This document shows positions 39,186 through 49,509 of a DNA stretch of 64,000 nucleotides, one piece after another. The notes beneath the pieces were generated by a model. The model was not told the DNA's origin and searched no databases. It saw nothing but the letters and a program-made list of their open reading frames with translations. The DNA comes from an uncultured virus (IMG/VR IMGVR_UViG_3300030098_004604) (lineage: Duplodnaviria > Heunggongvirae > Uroviricota > Caudoviricetes), in IMG/VR virus record IMGVR_UViG_3300030098_004604, positions 1-64,000 of that record, one strand, 5' to 3'. Numbering within the stretch: the stretch's first letter is position 1; each line of letters opens with the position of its first letter. The position numbers were made by a program, and so were the translations under genes.

Positions 39186-40466
39186 ATGCCCACTAATCTT
39201 AGTCCTAAGTCGCAAACTAGCGCAATTGTGCTCACATCAACCGGTTCGGCCGATCTCGTGTCAGCAGCGGTTCCTTATGGAATCTATACGGGGTCCACAG
39301 ATTTCTTAAGTGGCGCCGCACTCCAAGTAAATTACGTATATAAGAAGCTTGGAGGCGATGTTGTAGATATCGAGTTGACGCCGGCCAACGTTTATGCGGC
39401 ATATGAAGAGGCTGTGCTGGAATACTCGTATATTATCAACCTGCACCAAAGTGAGAACATCATGTCTGATGTCTTGGGCCAGCAGACGGGTACATTTGAT
39501 CACAGGGGTGAGCGCTTGACGGGCCCCGAGAACGTCAACCTTAAGTATCCCCGCTTCCAGTTTGCACAAGCTCGCAAGATAGGCGATGCTGTCGCAACAG
39601 CGGGTGGCTATGGTGGCACCGTGCCTATCTATTCGGCCTCTTTTGCGACTAAGCAGAATCAGCAAGATTACGATCTACAAAATATTATCTCTGGAGCATC
39701 CTCGACGGGTACAGATGATGCCGACAGGGCTGTGCCTTATGCAGGAAAAGTTGGCAACAAGCGAGTTGTCATTACAAAGGTTTTTTATAAGTCACCAAGA
39801 GCCATGTGGCGCTTCTATGGGTATTATGGCGGAATTGGTGTCGTTGGGAACTACTCAACGTATGGTCAGTTCTCAGATGATTCGACATTCGAGATTATTC
39901 CAACTTGGCAAAATAAGATGCAGGCGATTATGTATGAAGATTCCATTTATACACGCACATCCCACTATGCTTATGAAATAAAAGACAACAATTTGCGTCT
40001 TTTCCCCACTCCCGATCAGTATGGATTTGGAGATGGAGAAAATGATCGCATATGGGTGAACTTTTATATTGATAATGAGAATGCTTGGGAGAACAATAGT
40101 GATTATGATGACGGCCGAGACGGAATCAACAACCCGAACACGGTTCCGTTTGATAACTTGCCATATGCGAACATTAATGCCATCGGAAAGCAGTGGATTC
40201 GTAAATATGCCTTGGCGCTCTGTAAAGAAATGCTTGGGCAGATTCGAGGAAAGTTCACATCGGTGCCAATTCCGGGCGAAAGCGTGACTTTGAACCATTC
40301 CGAGCTTCTCTCTCAAGCAAAGGAAGAACAACAGCAGTTGAAAGACAAGTTGATGGAGATTCTTGACAGGGTTAACTACAACGAGTTGGCTAAGGCCGAT
40401 GCTGAGATGACTGATGCGGCCGTTCAGGCGCTCAAGAACTCCCCATTACCAATTTTTGTAGGATAA
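39186..40466 (+). CDS. Neck/head-tail adaptor (T4 gp13-like)
   Basis: KLGGDVVDIELT, WIRKYALALCKEMLGQIRGKF, VTLN motifs; position. Confidence 0.8.
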   Translation: MPTNLSPKSQTSAIVLTSTGSADLVSAAVPYGIYTGSTDFLSGAALQVNYVYKKLGGDVVDIELTPANVYAAYEEAVLEYSYIINLHQSENIMSDVLGQQTGTFDHRGERLTGPENVNLKYPRFQFAQARKIGDAVATAGGYGGTVPIYSASFATKQNQQDYDLQNIISGASSTGTDDADRAVPYAGKVGNKRVVITKVFYKSPRAMWRFYGYYGGIGVVGNYSTYGQFSDDSTFEIIPTWQNKMQAIMYEDSIYTRTSHYAYEIKDNNLRLFPTPDQYGFGDGENDRIWVNFYIDNENAWENNSDYDDGRDGINNPNTVPFDNLPYANINAIGKQWIRKYALALCKEMLGQIRGKFTSVPIPGESVTLNHSELLSQAKEEQQQLKDKLMEILDRVNYNELAKADAEMTDAAVQALKNSPLPIFVG

Positions 40467-40474
40467 CATGAACA

Positions 40475-40969
40475 ATGTCAGAAGACAACAAATGGAGTAG
40501 ACCAGCATCACCGCCCCCTCCTCTCTTTTTGGGGAAGAAGGAGCGTGATCTTGTTAAGCAAGTTAATGATGAGCTTATTGAGAAGGTCATTGGGCAACAG
40601 ATTTTGTATTATCCCATCGACATGGAGCGTACGAACTTCAATGACCTTTATGGCGAGGCCATAGAGAAGACGTACCTACCGCCAGTTCGCGTGTATGCTC
40701 TCGTCGAGTTCACAGATTTCTCCACAGATTACATGGAAGGCGCAGGCGTGGATAAAAGTTGGGAGATCAACGTCCATTTTCACAAGCGTAGACTTGAACA
40801 AGATCAGAACATGTATGTGCGTGAAGGTGACTTTGTGTTATATGGCGATAATTACTATGAGATAGTTAAGTTGGTAGAGCCGAAACTTTTGTTTGGCCAA
40901 GCCGAACACTCATTTGAGATCGCTGCTAGATGCCGTAGGGCAAGAAAGGGTTTATTCGATGCTTCCTGA
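40475..40969 (+). CDS. Neck/head closure protein (T4 gp14-like)
   Basis: DLYGEA, REGDFV motifs; position. Confidence 0.7.
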   Translation: MSEDNKWSRPASPPPPLFLGKKERDLVKQVNDELIEKVIGQQILYYPIDMERTNFNDLYGEAIEKTYLPPVRVYALVEFTDFSTDYMEGAGVDKSWEINVHFHKRRLEQDQNMYVREGDFVLYGDNYYEIVKLVEPKLLFGQAEHSFEIAARCRRARKGLFDAS

Positions 40970-41843
40970 TGATTTTGATTTTGCGATGATTCCAGCCGGA
41001 GAGGAACTGTCTCTCCGCGAGATAGGGATGCTCTCTTCCACTATAGAGACCATAGATCGTGCGCTTGTCACATGGCTTAAGAGCGATCTTGAATTGGGTG
41101 CTTTTACCAATGAGGGGTGGAAACGTGTTCCGGTCCTGTGGCAGGCTCCCGAACGCGCATATCAAGTTAAGCATGATAAATCTTTGAGAGATGACAATGG
41201 CGCTCTTATTCTACCCCTTATTAGTGTAGAGCGTACTCAAATTGTTAAAGACCCACAACGTAAGGGCTCCTTTCAAGCGCAGATATACTCTAAAAACAAG
41301 AATGGCCGCACTGGACGGTGGGTTATCGCTAAGCAGATCGTTCAAGACAAGACGCGCAACTTCGCTGTAGTGGGTAACGAGCGTCGAGGTAACTATACTG
41401 GTGGCTCCGAACAACGTTACTACCCTCGCGAAAACAAAAAGATAGTGGTCAGGAGCTTGTCCATTCCGATCCCGATCTATGTGAACGTAGAGTATAAGAT
41501 TCAAATCAAGACCGAATACCAGCAGCAAATGAATAGCCTGCTACAGCCCTTTATGACACGCACAGGGCAGATTAACTCGTTTATCCTTAAAGAGGCGGGC
41601 CATCGTTATGAGGTGTTCATTGATCAAACGTTTTCGAGTAATAACAATGTCAACAATCTGGGTGAGGAGATTCGCTTGTTCAGTTCCGATATATCCATTA
41701 GGGTTTTGGGCTATTTGATCGGCGAGGGCGAAAACGATGATAGACCCTTGGTTAGGGTGGACGAAAACGTGGTAGAGATAACATGGCCACAAGAAGGAAT
41801 TGTGCCAGAAGACGAAGAAGGCTACTTCAACATCAGTTCCTGA
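40959..41843 (+). CDS. Tail terminator/sheath stabiliser (T4 gp15-like)
   Basis: VPVLW..PER, LPLISVER, P.YVNVEYKI; position before sheath. Confidence 0.7.
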   Translation: MLPDDFDFAMIPAGEELSLREIGMLSSTIETIDRALVTWLKSDLELGAFTNEGWKRVPVLWQAPERAYQVKHDKSLRDDNGALILPLISVERTQIVKDPQRKGSFQAQIYSKNKNGRTGRWVIAKQIVQDKTRNFAVVGNERRGNYTGGSEQRYYPRENKKIVVRSLSIPIPIYVNVEYKIQIKTEYQQQMNSLLQPFMTRTGQINSFILKEAGHRYEVFIDQTFSSNNNVNNLGEEIRLFSSDISIRVLGYLIGEGENDDRPLVRVDENVVEITWPQEGIVPEDEEGYFNISS

Positions 41844-41953
41844 AGTCAAAGTTCGAATTTATTAGACTTCCTGAAGACTTTTGAATTCCAAAATACTATT
41901 TAAAGTATGATTGTGACACCAATTAATTCTATTTTTAAAGAGAGGAACCAATA

Positions 41954-44875
41954 ATGTCAGTAAAAAGTTTTAAATTTGTATCTCCCGGGGTGTTCATCCA
42001 CGAGATTGATAACTCGTTTATCCCGAAATCAGCAGATGCAATCGGACCGGTGGTCATCGGACGCGCACGTCGCGGTCTTGCTATGAAGCCGGTCACAGTA
42101 GAGTCTTATTCTCAATTTGTGGAGATGTTTGGCGATACAGTTCCCGGTAACGGCGGTGGTGACATTTACCGCGACGGCAACTACCAGTCCCCGATGTACG
42201 GCACCTATGCTGCCAAGGCATTCCTTCGCGCAAACGTAGCTCCTCTTACATATGTACGCCTTCTGGGCCAGCAGACCGCAACTAACGATGGCACTGCGGA
42301 TGCACAGTCAGGCTGGCAAACTACAGGTGTCCCCACCACTGGTTCTGACGGTGGCGCCTACGGGTTCTTCGTGGCGGCGGAGTCCTCTAACGGCATTCTT
42401 ACCGGAGACACAAACGGCCTTCATCTCGGGGCTGTGATTTATGTGCAAAGTGGCTCCGTCATGCTTTCTGGGACTATTGCTGGAACTGGTTCGGCAGCGG
42501 CACGAAATGTGGTCTGTGCTTCTTCGACGCTGGTCGAGAGCGACTCTAATGGCAACTTTAAATTGTGCCTGCGCAACCTCGCCCACGGAGAAAAGGTCTT
42601 CTCGGTGAACTTCAACGACACTTCAGACTTGTTCATTCGTAAGCGTTTGAACACCAACCCGCAGCTTTCATCTGATCAGGGCGCATTCTATCCGTCTGCC
42701 TCTTACGATTACTACTGGCTTGGTGAGTCTTTCGAGCAAGAGCTTCGTGAGCGCTCCCTTGTTGGCGGCGGAAGCTCCAAACTTGTTGGATTCATCGCTG
42801 GCTTGGCGAAGCAGTCAGATACGAGCATTGCCCCCTCTAAGATGAAGGGTGTTCCATCTCAGGAAGCTGTTGCTGGCTGGTTCATTGGTCAGGATCTTGG
42901 AAACTATGCATCCTACGATCCGGCTTCTGCAATTAAGTTGTTCCGCCTTATTGGCCGTGGCCATGGCGAATGGCTCAATAAGAACATTAAGGTCTCGATT
43001 GAGAAGATCCGCGCTTCTAACACAACCACCACCGATTACGGAACGTTCTCAGTTGTCCTTCGTCAGCTTTCTGACACTGACAGTAATGTGGTCGTTATGG
43101 AGCGCTTCGACAACTTGACGCTTGACCCCTCTTCGCCGAACTACATCGGCCGCAAGATTGGTGATAAGTTTGAGCGTTGGGATGCAACCAACCGCACACT
43201 TAAAACTTATGGCGATTTCGATAATCAGTCTAAGTTTGTTCGAGTGGAGATGAATGCTGATGTTGAGGCAGGAGCTACCGACCCGGTTCTTCTCCCATTC
43301 GGCTATTACGGACCTCCTAAGTTGCGAGATATTTCCGAAGCCATTCCCGGCCAAGGCACCAACCTTAGTCAGTTCGCTAATAGAATGTTTAAGATTGGAG
43401 CGGGTCTTCCCGGTTATAAGTCGGCCGGCCCCCGAATTTCCTCTTCGTTCCAGATGGGCTGCTGTACTGCTTCTTTCTACTTCCCCTCGGTGCGCTTGCG
43501 CGACAAGGCGACAGATGGAAGCCTCTCGGACCCCACTAAAGCTTATTTTGGTTTTGAGGTGACTCGAACAGCAACGTCCACGCGCCCCGACCGCAGTGTT
43601 GCGGATCCTCAACGTCTGTGGTATGCAGATTTGGGTCAGACCTCCGGAGTTCCAGTCGACACTACGGAATCCACCTATAATCTATCGGCTTCTTCGCTTA
43701 TCGAAGGCTACTCTTACATCTTTACGATGGACAACGTGAGTGCTTCCGCTGATAATGTATACACATACGCTTCCGGCTCCCGTAAAACGGGTAAGAGCAG
43801 CACCGCGCGCAGTACCAACACCTACGCCACGTTGTTGGATGCAGGCTACAACCGCTTCACGGCTCCGTTCTGGGGTGGTTTCGACGGCTTCGACATTACG
43901 AAGCCTGACCCGATGTACAACCGAGGTATCGCTGACGCAGCAACCGAGGATACATCGTACGCATTCCACACATATAAGCGTGCAATCGACACAATCGCCG
44001 ATCCAGAGTACATTAACATGAATCTTCTGGCAGTCCCGGGCCTCACACAGGACACTCTGACAACACACATGTTGAACGTGTGCTCCGAGCGCGCCGATGC
44101 AATGGCCATTATCGACTTGGCCAGCGTATACATTCCCTCTTCGGAGAGATATTACGCAGACAAGACAAGTCGTATTGGAACCACGCCGACAACGGCTGCC
44201 AGCGCCCTGAGAGACAGAAGGTTGGATACCAGCTATGGCGCCACCTACTATCCTTGGGTCCAGACCCGCGACGAAGACACCGGACGACTGCTTTGGGTTC
44301 CACCCAGCGTTGTCATGATGGGCGTTCTCGCAAGCTCTGAGGCTAAGTCGGCAGCTTGGTTTGCCCCCGCAGGCTTTAACCGAGGCGGATTGTCCGACGG
44401 TGCTGCAGGCATCCCGGTTACAAATGTGACCGAGCGACTTTCCTCCAAGGACCGTGACACACTGTACGAGGCGCGAATCAACCCGATTGCTTCGTTCCCC
44501 TCTAGCGGAATCGTTGTCTTCGGACAGAAAACCCTTCAAGAGCGCCAGTCTGCACTGGACCGCATCAACGTGCGACGACTCGTCATCTACCTTAAGAAGC
44601 AGATTTCGATTCTCTCCACACAGGTGCTGTTTGAGCAGAACGTTCAAGCCACTTGGAGCAGATTCAAGGGCCTCATTGACCCGTTCCTTGCCAACGTGGT
44701 GGTTGATTTCGGTATCACCGACTATCGTCTGATTCTGGACGAGAGCACAACCACTCCGGACTTGATTGATCAGAACATCTTGTATGCGAAGATCATGGTC
44801 AAGCCGGCTCGCGCCATCGAATATATCGCGATTGACTTCGTGATTATGTCCACCGGCGCATCCTTCGATGACTAA
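41954..44875 (+). CDS. Contractile tail sheath protein (gp18-like)
   Basis: FVSPGVFIHEID, YYPW, WFAPAGFNRG, FGQKTLQ, DRINVRRL, PARAIEYIAIDF. Confidence 0.95.
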   Translation: MSVKSFKFVSPGVFIHEIDNSFIPKSADAIGPVVIGRARRGLAMKPVTVESYSQFVEMFGDTVPGNGGGDIYRDGNYQSPMYGTYAAKAFLRANVAPLTYVRLLGQQTATNDGTADAQSGWQTTGVPTTGSDGGAYGFFVAAESSNGILTGDTNGLHLGAVIYVQSGSVMLSGTIAGTGSAAARNVVCASSTLVESDSNGNFKLCLRNLAHGEKVFSVNFNDTSDLFIRKRLNTNPQLSSDQGAFYPSASYDYYWLGESFEQELRERSLVGGGSSKLVGFIAGLAKQSDTSIAPSKMKGVPSQEAVAGWFIGQDLGNYASYDPASAIKLFRLIGRGHGEWLNKNIKVSIEKIRASNTTTTDYGTFSVVLRQLSDTDSNVVVMERFDNLTLDPSSPNYIGRKIGDKFERWDATNRTLKTYGDFDNQSKFVRVEMNADVEAGATDPVLLPFGYYGPPKLRDISEAIPGQGTNLSQFANRMFKIGAGLPGYKSAGPRISSSFQMGCCTASFYFPSVRLRDKATDGSLSDPTKAYFGFEVTRTATSTRPDRSVADPQRLWYADLGQTSGVPVDTTESTYNLSASSLIEGYSYIFTMDNVSASADNVYTYASGSRKTGKSSTARSTNTYATLLDAGYNRFTAPFWGGFDGFDITKPDPMYNRGIADAATEDTSYAFHTYKRAIDTIADPEYINMNLLAVPGLTQDTLTTHMLNVCSERADAMAIIDLASVYIPSSERYYADKTSRIGTTPTTAASALRDRRLDTSYGATYYPWVQTRDEDTGRLLWVPPSVVMMGVLASSEAKSAAWFAPAGFNRGGLSDGAAGIPVTNVTERLSSKDRDTLYEARINPIASFPSSGIVVFGQKTLQERQSALDRINVRRLVIYLKKQISILSTQVLFEQNVQATWSRFKGLIDPFLANVVVDFGITDYRLILDESTTTPDLIDQNILYAKIMVKPARAIEYIAIDFVIMSTGASFDD

Positions 44876-44943
44876 AAGAAAGGGGGGTGATTTCCCCCCG
44901 GCACACTAATTAAAGTTAGAAACACTATAGGAGTTCTCATACT

Positions 44944-45534
44944 ATGCCATTCTGGACAAAAAATCACAGCGAAGACGCTACCCTAAGAGATCCAAAAAGA
45001 AAGTTTAGATTTATGGTTTCCTTTGGAAACATTGGTACTGACGGCGGCGTGCTTTGGTACGCTAAGACAGCCACTAAGCCCTCTTTTCAGATCGGTGCTG
45101 CAGAGCACAAATATCTTAACCACACATTCTACTATCCGGGTTCTGTAACTTGGCAGGATGTGACAATTACTTTGGTGGATCCTGTGAGTCCCGATATGGC
45201 AGCGACTCTTTCGGACATCGTGGCAACTGGTGGCTACACAATTCCCGCCACATACACAGACATGCAGACGATTTCCAAAGCAAAGGCTTCTACGGCTCTT
45301 GGCTCCGTGACGGTCACGCAGCTGGATTCCGATGGCAACCCCTTGGAGACTTGGACGATGTACAACTCCTTCATTACCGAGGTTAAGTATGGTGACTTGG
45401 AGTATGGCGGTGACGATCTGACTGAGGTCAGCCTTACCATGAAGTACGACTGGGCGATGCTTGAGTCGTCGGCCGAAGGCAGTGTCTTGACAAACGGTAC
45501 AAGCACCAACAAGTACTTCAGCGTATCCAGCTAA
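44944..45534 (+). CDS. Tail tube protein (gp19-like)
   Basis: PKRKFRF, YYPGSVTWQDVTITLVDP, LTMKYDWA; follows sheath. Confidence 0.9.
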   Translation: MPFWTKNHSEDATLRDPKRKFRFMVSFGNIGTDGGVLWYAKTATKPSFQIGAAEHKYLNHTFYYPGSVTWQDVTITLVDPVSPDMAATLSDIVATGGYTIPATYTDMQTISKAKASTALGSVTVTQLDSDGNPLETWTMYNSFITEVKYGDLEYGGDDLTEVSLTMKYDWAMLESSAEGSVLTNGTSTNKYFSVSS

Positions 45535-45554
45535 ATATAATTCAAAACAACGTA

Positions 45555-45583
45555 TTAACATTATAGCAGATTTATTGTATAAT
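45555..45583 (+). promoter_or_regulatory. Sigma70-like promoter before the tail chaperone
   Basis: TTAACA-17 nt-TATAAT. Confidence 0.5.
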
Positions 45584-45611
45584 ACTTACATAGCAAAAAA
45601 CGAGGTGTACA

Positions 45612-46469
45612 TTGGCTAGAAACAAAGAGCGTCTGGGGACGCACAGCAAGACTGACAGCACTCCCCCTGCGCCACTTATGCAAGACAATGACTCTGGTGG
45701 GTTTTCGTTTGTTATCCCCACAGAGTTCGTTGAATTACCATCTGGGGGTAACTTTTACCCAGAAGGACACCCTCTTCATGGGGAGTCCACAATTGAAATC
45801 AAACAAATGACCGCGAAAGAAGAGGATTTGCTCACATCGCGCTCGCTGCTAAAGAAGGGGATTGTCCTTGATAGGCTTTTACAGAGCGTTATTGTGAATA
45901 AGGCCATCAACCCTGCTCACTTGCTTGTTGGCGATAGAAACGCTGTGCTTGTGGCTACACGTATCTCTGGCTACGGCAACGATTATGTGACCAAAATCGG
46001 ATGTCCTGCTTGTGGCGCGAATCAAGAGTATTCTTTTGATTTAAATCACATTGACGTGTATACAGGCTCTGGGTTATCCCCCGAAGATGCCACCAATAAC
46101 GGAGATGGGACGTTTACAACGATCCTTCCTCAAACAAAAGTTGAGGTAGTTTTCCGACTTCTCACTGGCGCTGACGAAAAGGCCCTATTGAGCCAAATGG
46201 AGACTGCTCGTAAAAACCGCCGAGATGAGAATGCGGTAACACGCCAACTTAAGCTCATTATCAACTCAGTTAATGGCGATGAAACACAAAAATCGATCAA
46301 TTATCTTGTAGAGAACATGCCGTCGCAGGATGCTCGTCACCTTCGGCTTGCCTTTAAACTGGCAGCGCCGAACTTGGACATGAACCAGCATTTTGAGTGC
46401 AACGAATGTGATTATGAGCAGGAATTGGAGGTGCCGCTTACGGCGGACTTTTTTTGGCCTGACCGATGA
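45612..46469 (+). CDS. Baseplate hub/tail assembly chaperone (T4 gp26-like)
   Basis: VELPSGG.FY, MTAKEEDLL, CPAC and CNEC, ends FFWP; between tube and tape measure. Confidence 0.75.
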   Translation: MARNKERLGTHSKTDSTPPAPLMQDNDSGGFSFVIPTEFVELPSGGNFYPEGHPLHGESTIEIKQMTAKEEDLLTSRSLLKKGIVLDRLLQSVIVNKAINPAHLLVGDRNAVLVATRISGYGNDYVTKIGCPACGANQEYSFDLNHIDVYTGSGLSPEDATNNGDGTFTTILPQTKVEVVFRLLTGADEKALLSQMETARKNRRDENAVTRQLKLIINSVNGDETQKSINYLVENMPSQDARHLRLAFKLAAPNLDMNQHFECNECDYEQELEVPLTADFFWPDR

Positions 46470-46716
46470 GTACTCGGAGCACATATATGAGCAGTTCTTC
46501 TTTCTGAAATACTCAGGAGGCTGGTCATTCTACGAGGCTTACAATCTTCCGATTGCATTGCGTGAGTGGTTTGTTAAGCGGCTTATGAAACAATTGAAAG
46601 AAGAGGCTGAAGCAGTTGAAAAGGCGTCTAAGGGTCGCGGCGGTGCAAACACGCAGACTTTATCGGCGCATAATCAGCCGGGAGCCCCTCCGGGGTGGCC
46701 CGGCGCTAAAGGGTAA
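46450..46716 (+). CDS. Probable frameshift extension of the tail chaperone
   Basis: Open +1 frame entered at the T7 run (46449-46455); no SD-led start; GWSFYEAYNLP..LR.WF motif; ends at a terminator. Confidence 0.6.
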   Translation, partial: FFGLTDEYSEHIYEQFFFLKYSGGWSFYEAYNLPIALREWFVKRLMKQLKEEAEAVEKASKGRGGANTQTLSAHNQPGAPPGWPGAKG

Positions 46717-46739
46717 GGTTTAAAAGCCTTACCTTTTTT
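46712..46739 (+). terminator. Intrinsic terminator
   Basis: GGTAAGG...CCTTACC followed by T6. Confidence 0.8.
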
Positions 46740-46779
46740 GGTACATAACTAATTATTTTTAGGAAAAGAGGGCACCCCT

Positions 46780-49488
46780 GTGGCTGACGACAATAAATAT
46801 TCGCCTGAAGAAATAAGAGAGGCTCAAGAAGAATTAGACAAGCTTAAAGCTAAATCCGAAGAACTTACTGAAGAAGACAAGAAGCGACGGAAAGAGCTAG
46901 AACTAATTATCGGCTTGATGAAAGAGCAAGATAAGTACCAGTCCAAGAGGCTTGACGATCTTAAGGGCGAAATAGAAATATTAGAAAGAGCCCTTGCAAC
47001 AGACAATGAAAGGTATGCATCGGCTGAACGCCATCGCGCCCTCCAACAAATTCGTCTAGAAAGAGATGAATTGATGTTGGAGAATATCCGACAAAAACTT
47101 ATTTCTCAAAAAGAATTGACCGAGGAAGAGCAAGAGGCTTACAAGGCCGCTGGCGGCACTAAAGAAGAGCTTGACAAGACGCTAAGCATCACCTCGGATC
47201 TCCTCGCAGCAAAGAGGAAATTTAACAAAGAAATTATCCAAGGCTCGCCGCTTTTAGCCAAAAGTAAAAAGATTGCAGCTGATATGCTTGTTGTCCTAGA
47301 TAGTCAGCATAAAATGCAGTATGCTATAAATAAAGCCAGTGCTGCCGGCGATGCCATCTTGACAAAAACCTTTGGATTAATGGTAGAAACCATGAAAGAA
47401 GCCGAAGAGGTATTCTCAGACTTCCGGCGCACTATGCAGCTGGGTGATGATTACGAGACACGAATCACACAAACAACACAAGCCCTGTCTGCATACGGAG
47501 TAACGGTCAAAGACGCCGCCGAAGCGCAGAATGCTTTAATTAAGACCACTACCGATTTTACATTGATGACCAAAAACGAGCAAGATGCTTTAGTGCATTC
47601 TGCTGCTCTCGCCGGCGAGCTTGGCGTGGCATACGGTGACTTTGCGCAGGGCATTCAAAATAGTACCAAGTTTTTTAATCAAGGCGCCACTCAAGCCATT
47701 CAAACTCAAGGCGAGCTAGCGGCAACAGCCCGCATGTTGGGTCGTGATCAGACAGAGTTTGCCGCTCAATTTGCAAAATCCGGTCACCAGTTCGCCAAGT
47801 TTGGTGCGCAGGGCGTGAAAGCTTTCAAAGATCTGGCTCACATTCAAAAGATTACAGGAATGGAAATGGAGAAAGTATTGGCGATTACAAATAAGTTTGA
47901 TACATTCGAAGGCGCCGCTGAGCAGGCCGGAAAACTTAATGCTGCGCTAGGTGGCAACATGGTCAACGCTATGGATTTGATGATGGCAACCGATCCCGCA
48001 GAGCGCTTTGGTATGATTCGCGACTCTATTCTTGACGCAGGATTAACCTTTGATGACATGTCATATTACCAAAAGCAGTTTTATGCAGAGTCATTAGGGC
48101 TGAGTGATGTGAGTGATTTAGCTCTCGTTCTTGCCGGCGACATGGACAACCTTGCCGGCGCCGCCAATCAAAGTTCGGAAGAAATTAGAGAACAAAAAAG
48201 ACGAGCAGCAGAAGCACAAAGTGTGATGGACTCATTTAAGAACATTTTAGTTGAGATGGGTACTGCCGCTCTTGGACTGTATCAGGGCTTAAGCACGTTG
48301 ACAGGAGGGCTGATCGAGAATAGAAGAGTTATACAAGTCTTGATTGGTGTATATGGTATTTACAAAACTATTTCTATCGCCTTGACTCTTGTTGAGATGG
48401 CTTCGAAAGCTGGAAAGATCCTTAGCACAGCCGCCACAGTTACGGACAGTCAACAGACCGCGTTAAATTCCGCAGCCAAAACTAAGCATACGGCTGCGTT
48501 AGCCGCCGATACAACCGCTCTCGGTGCAAACTCAACTGCTTTGGGTGTTAATTCTACCGCTCTAGGCACTAATTCGGGTGCCATGAAGAAGGCAGGAAAA
48601 GCCAAAGCCGGCATGGGACCCGCTCTTATAGCATTCGGCGCTGCGATATTGATGATCGGCGCCGGCGTCTACTTCGCCGCCACAGGAATGGCGAATTTGG
48701 CAGAATCAGTTAGCAATCTGGATTCAAACGAACTAGATGCTTTTAGCAATTCCCTTATTTTTCTAGGGGTTGCTTTGGGTACTGTTATGGCAATCATTGT
48801 TCTAATTGGCGTATTGGCAAGCGGACCACAAATATTAGGGATCATGGGTGTCGCTGCGGCGTTTATGATGATGGGCGTAGGCGTGGCTCTCGCAGCCGCC
48901 GGTATTGGATATATGGCAGAGGGATTTGCAAAGATGTTCCAGCACATCGATCTTGAGAAGGTTGCAGCAACGGCGGTTCTTTTTGGAGTTCTGTATCTGG
49001 GCGCTGGGCTGGGATACGCCGCTGCCCTCGGCATTGCTGCCATCGGGCTAGCACTCGGCGGTCTGACCATAGCCTTGAAATTCATGAATTTTAAAAAGCT
49101 TGAGCAAGTCACCGGATTTATGACCGCATTTACAGACTTTGAAGTAGCCTCCATCTATGCGGTAACAGAGGCGCTGTCTGATATGGCTAAAACCATCGAT
49201 GAGATGGACATGAAGAAAACGATAGCACTGGAAACTGTTCTGGCCACAACGGCCGTTGTCGGGGCTACTATGGGCCCAGCTTTGATGTTGCCCATGATGG
49301 TAGCCGGTGCAGTAGGGGGTGGCGTAACAGCGGCGATGCAGGCCACTGCTGCTCAGCCGGCTGCAGGTGGTGGGGGAACCACCACAACGCGGACACCGCT
49401 AATCATTAAACTGGGTGACACAGGCGATACGCTACAGAAGTTTATCATTGAAACCGTCGGCAACGAAGTAAAAGTGGTTAACAGCTAA
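46780..49488 (+). CDS. Tape measure protein
   Basis: 902 aa, helical, Ala/Gly-rich with hydrophobic C-terminal segments; follows tube and chaperone. Confidence 0.8.
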   Translation: MADDNKYSPEEIREAQEELDKLKAKSEELTEEDKKRRKELELIIGLMKEQDKYQSKRLDDLKGEIEILERALATDNERYASAERHRALQQIRLERDELMLENIRQKLISQKELTEEEQEAYKAAGGTKEELDKTLSITSDLLAAKRKFNKEIIQGSPLLAKSKKIAADMLVVLDSQHKMQYAINKASAAGDAILTKTFGLMVETMKEAEEVFSDFRRTMQLGDDYETRITQTTQALSAYGVTVKDAAEAQNALIKTTTDFTLMTKNEQDALVHSAALAGELGVAYGDFAQGIQNSTKFFNQGATQAIQTQGELAATARMLGRDQTEFAAQFAKSGHQFAKFGAQGVKAFKDLAHIQKITGMEMEKVLAITNKFDTFEGAAEQAGKLNAALGGNMVNAMDLMMATDPAERFGMIRDSILDAGLTFDDMSYYQKQFYAESLGLSDVSDLALVLAGDMDNLAGAANQSSEEIREQKRRAAEAQSVMDSFKNILVEMGTAALGLYQGLSTLTGGLIENRRVIQVLIGVYGIYKTISIALTLVEMASKAGKILSTAATVTDSQQTALNSAAKTKHTAALAADTTALGANSTALGVNSTALGTNSGAMKKAGKAKAGMGPALIAFGAAILMIGAGVYFAATGMANLAESVSNLDSNELDAFSNSLIFLGVALGTVMAIIVLIGVLASGPQILGIMGVAAAFMMMGVGVALAAAGIGYMAEGFAKMFQHIDLEKVAATAVLFGVLYLGAGLGYAAALGIAAIGLALGGLTIALKFMNFKKLEQVTGFMTAFTDFEVASIYAVTEALSDMAKTIDEMDMKKTIALETVLATTAVVGATMGPALMLPMMVAGAVGGGVTAAMQATAAQPAAGGGGTTTTRTPLIIKLGDTGDTLQKFIIETVGNEVKVVNS

Positions 49489-49509
49489 TTATCAACAGGG
49501 AGATAAAAA

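Noticed and set aside
35972..44875. Inteins in the long MCP or sheath
   Set aside because: No intein splice-junction (C/S...HN-C/S/T) or homing endonuclease motifs noticed; the extra length looks like surface insertion domains
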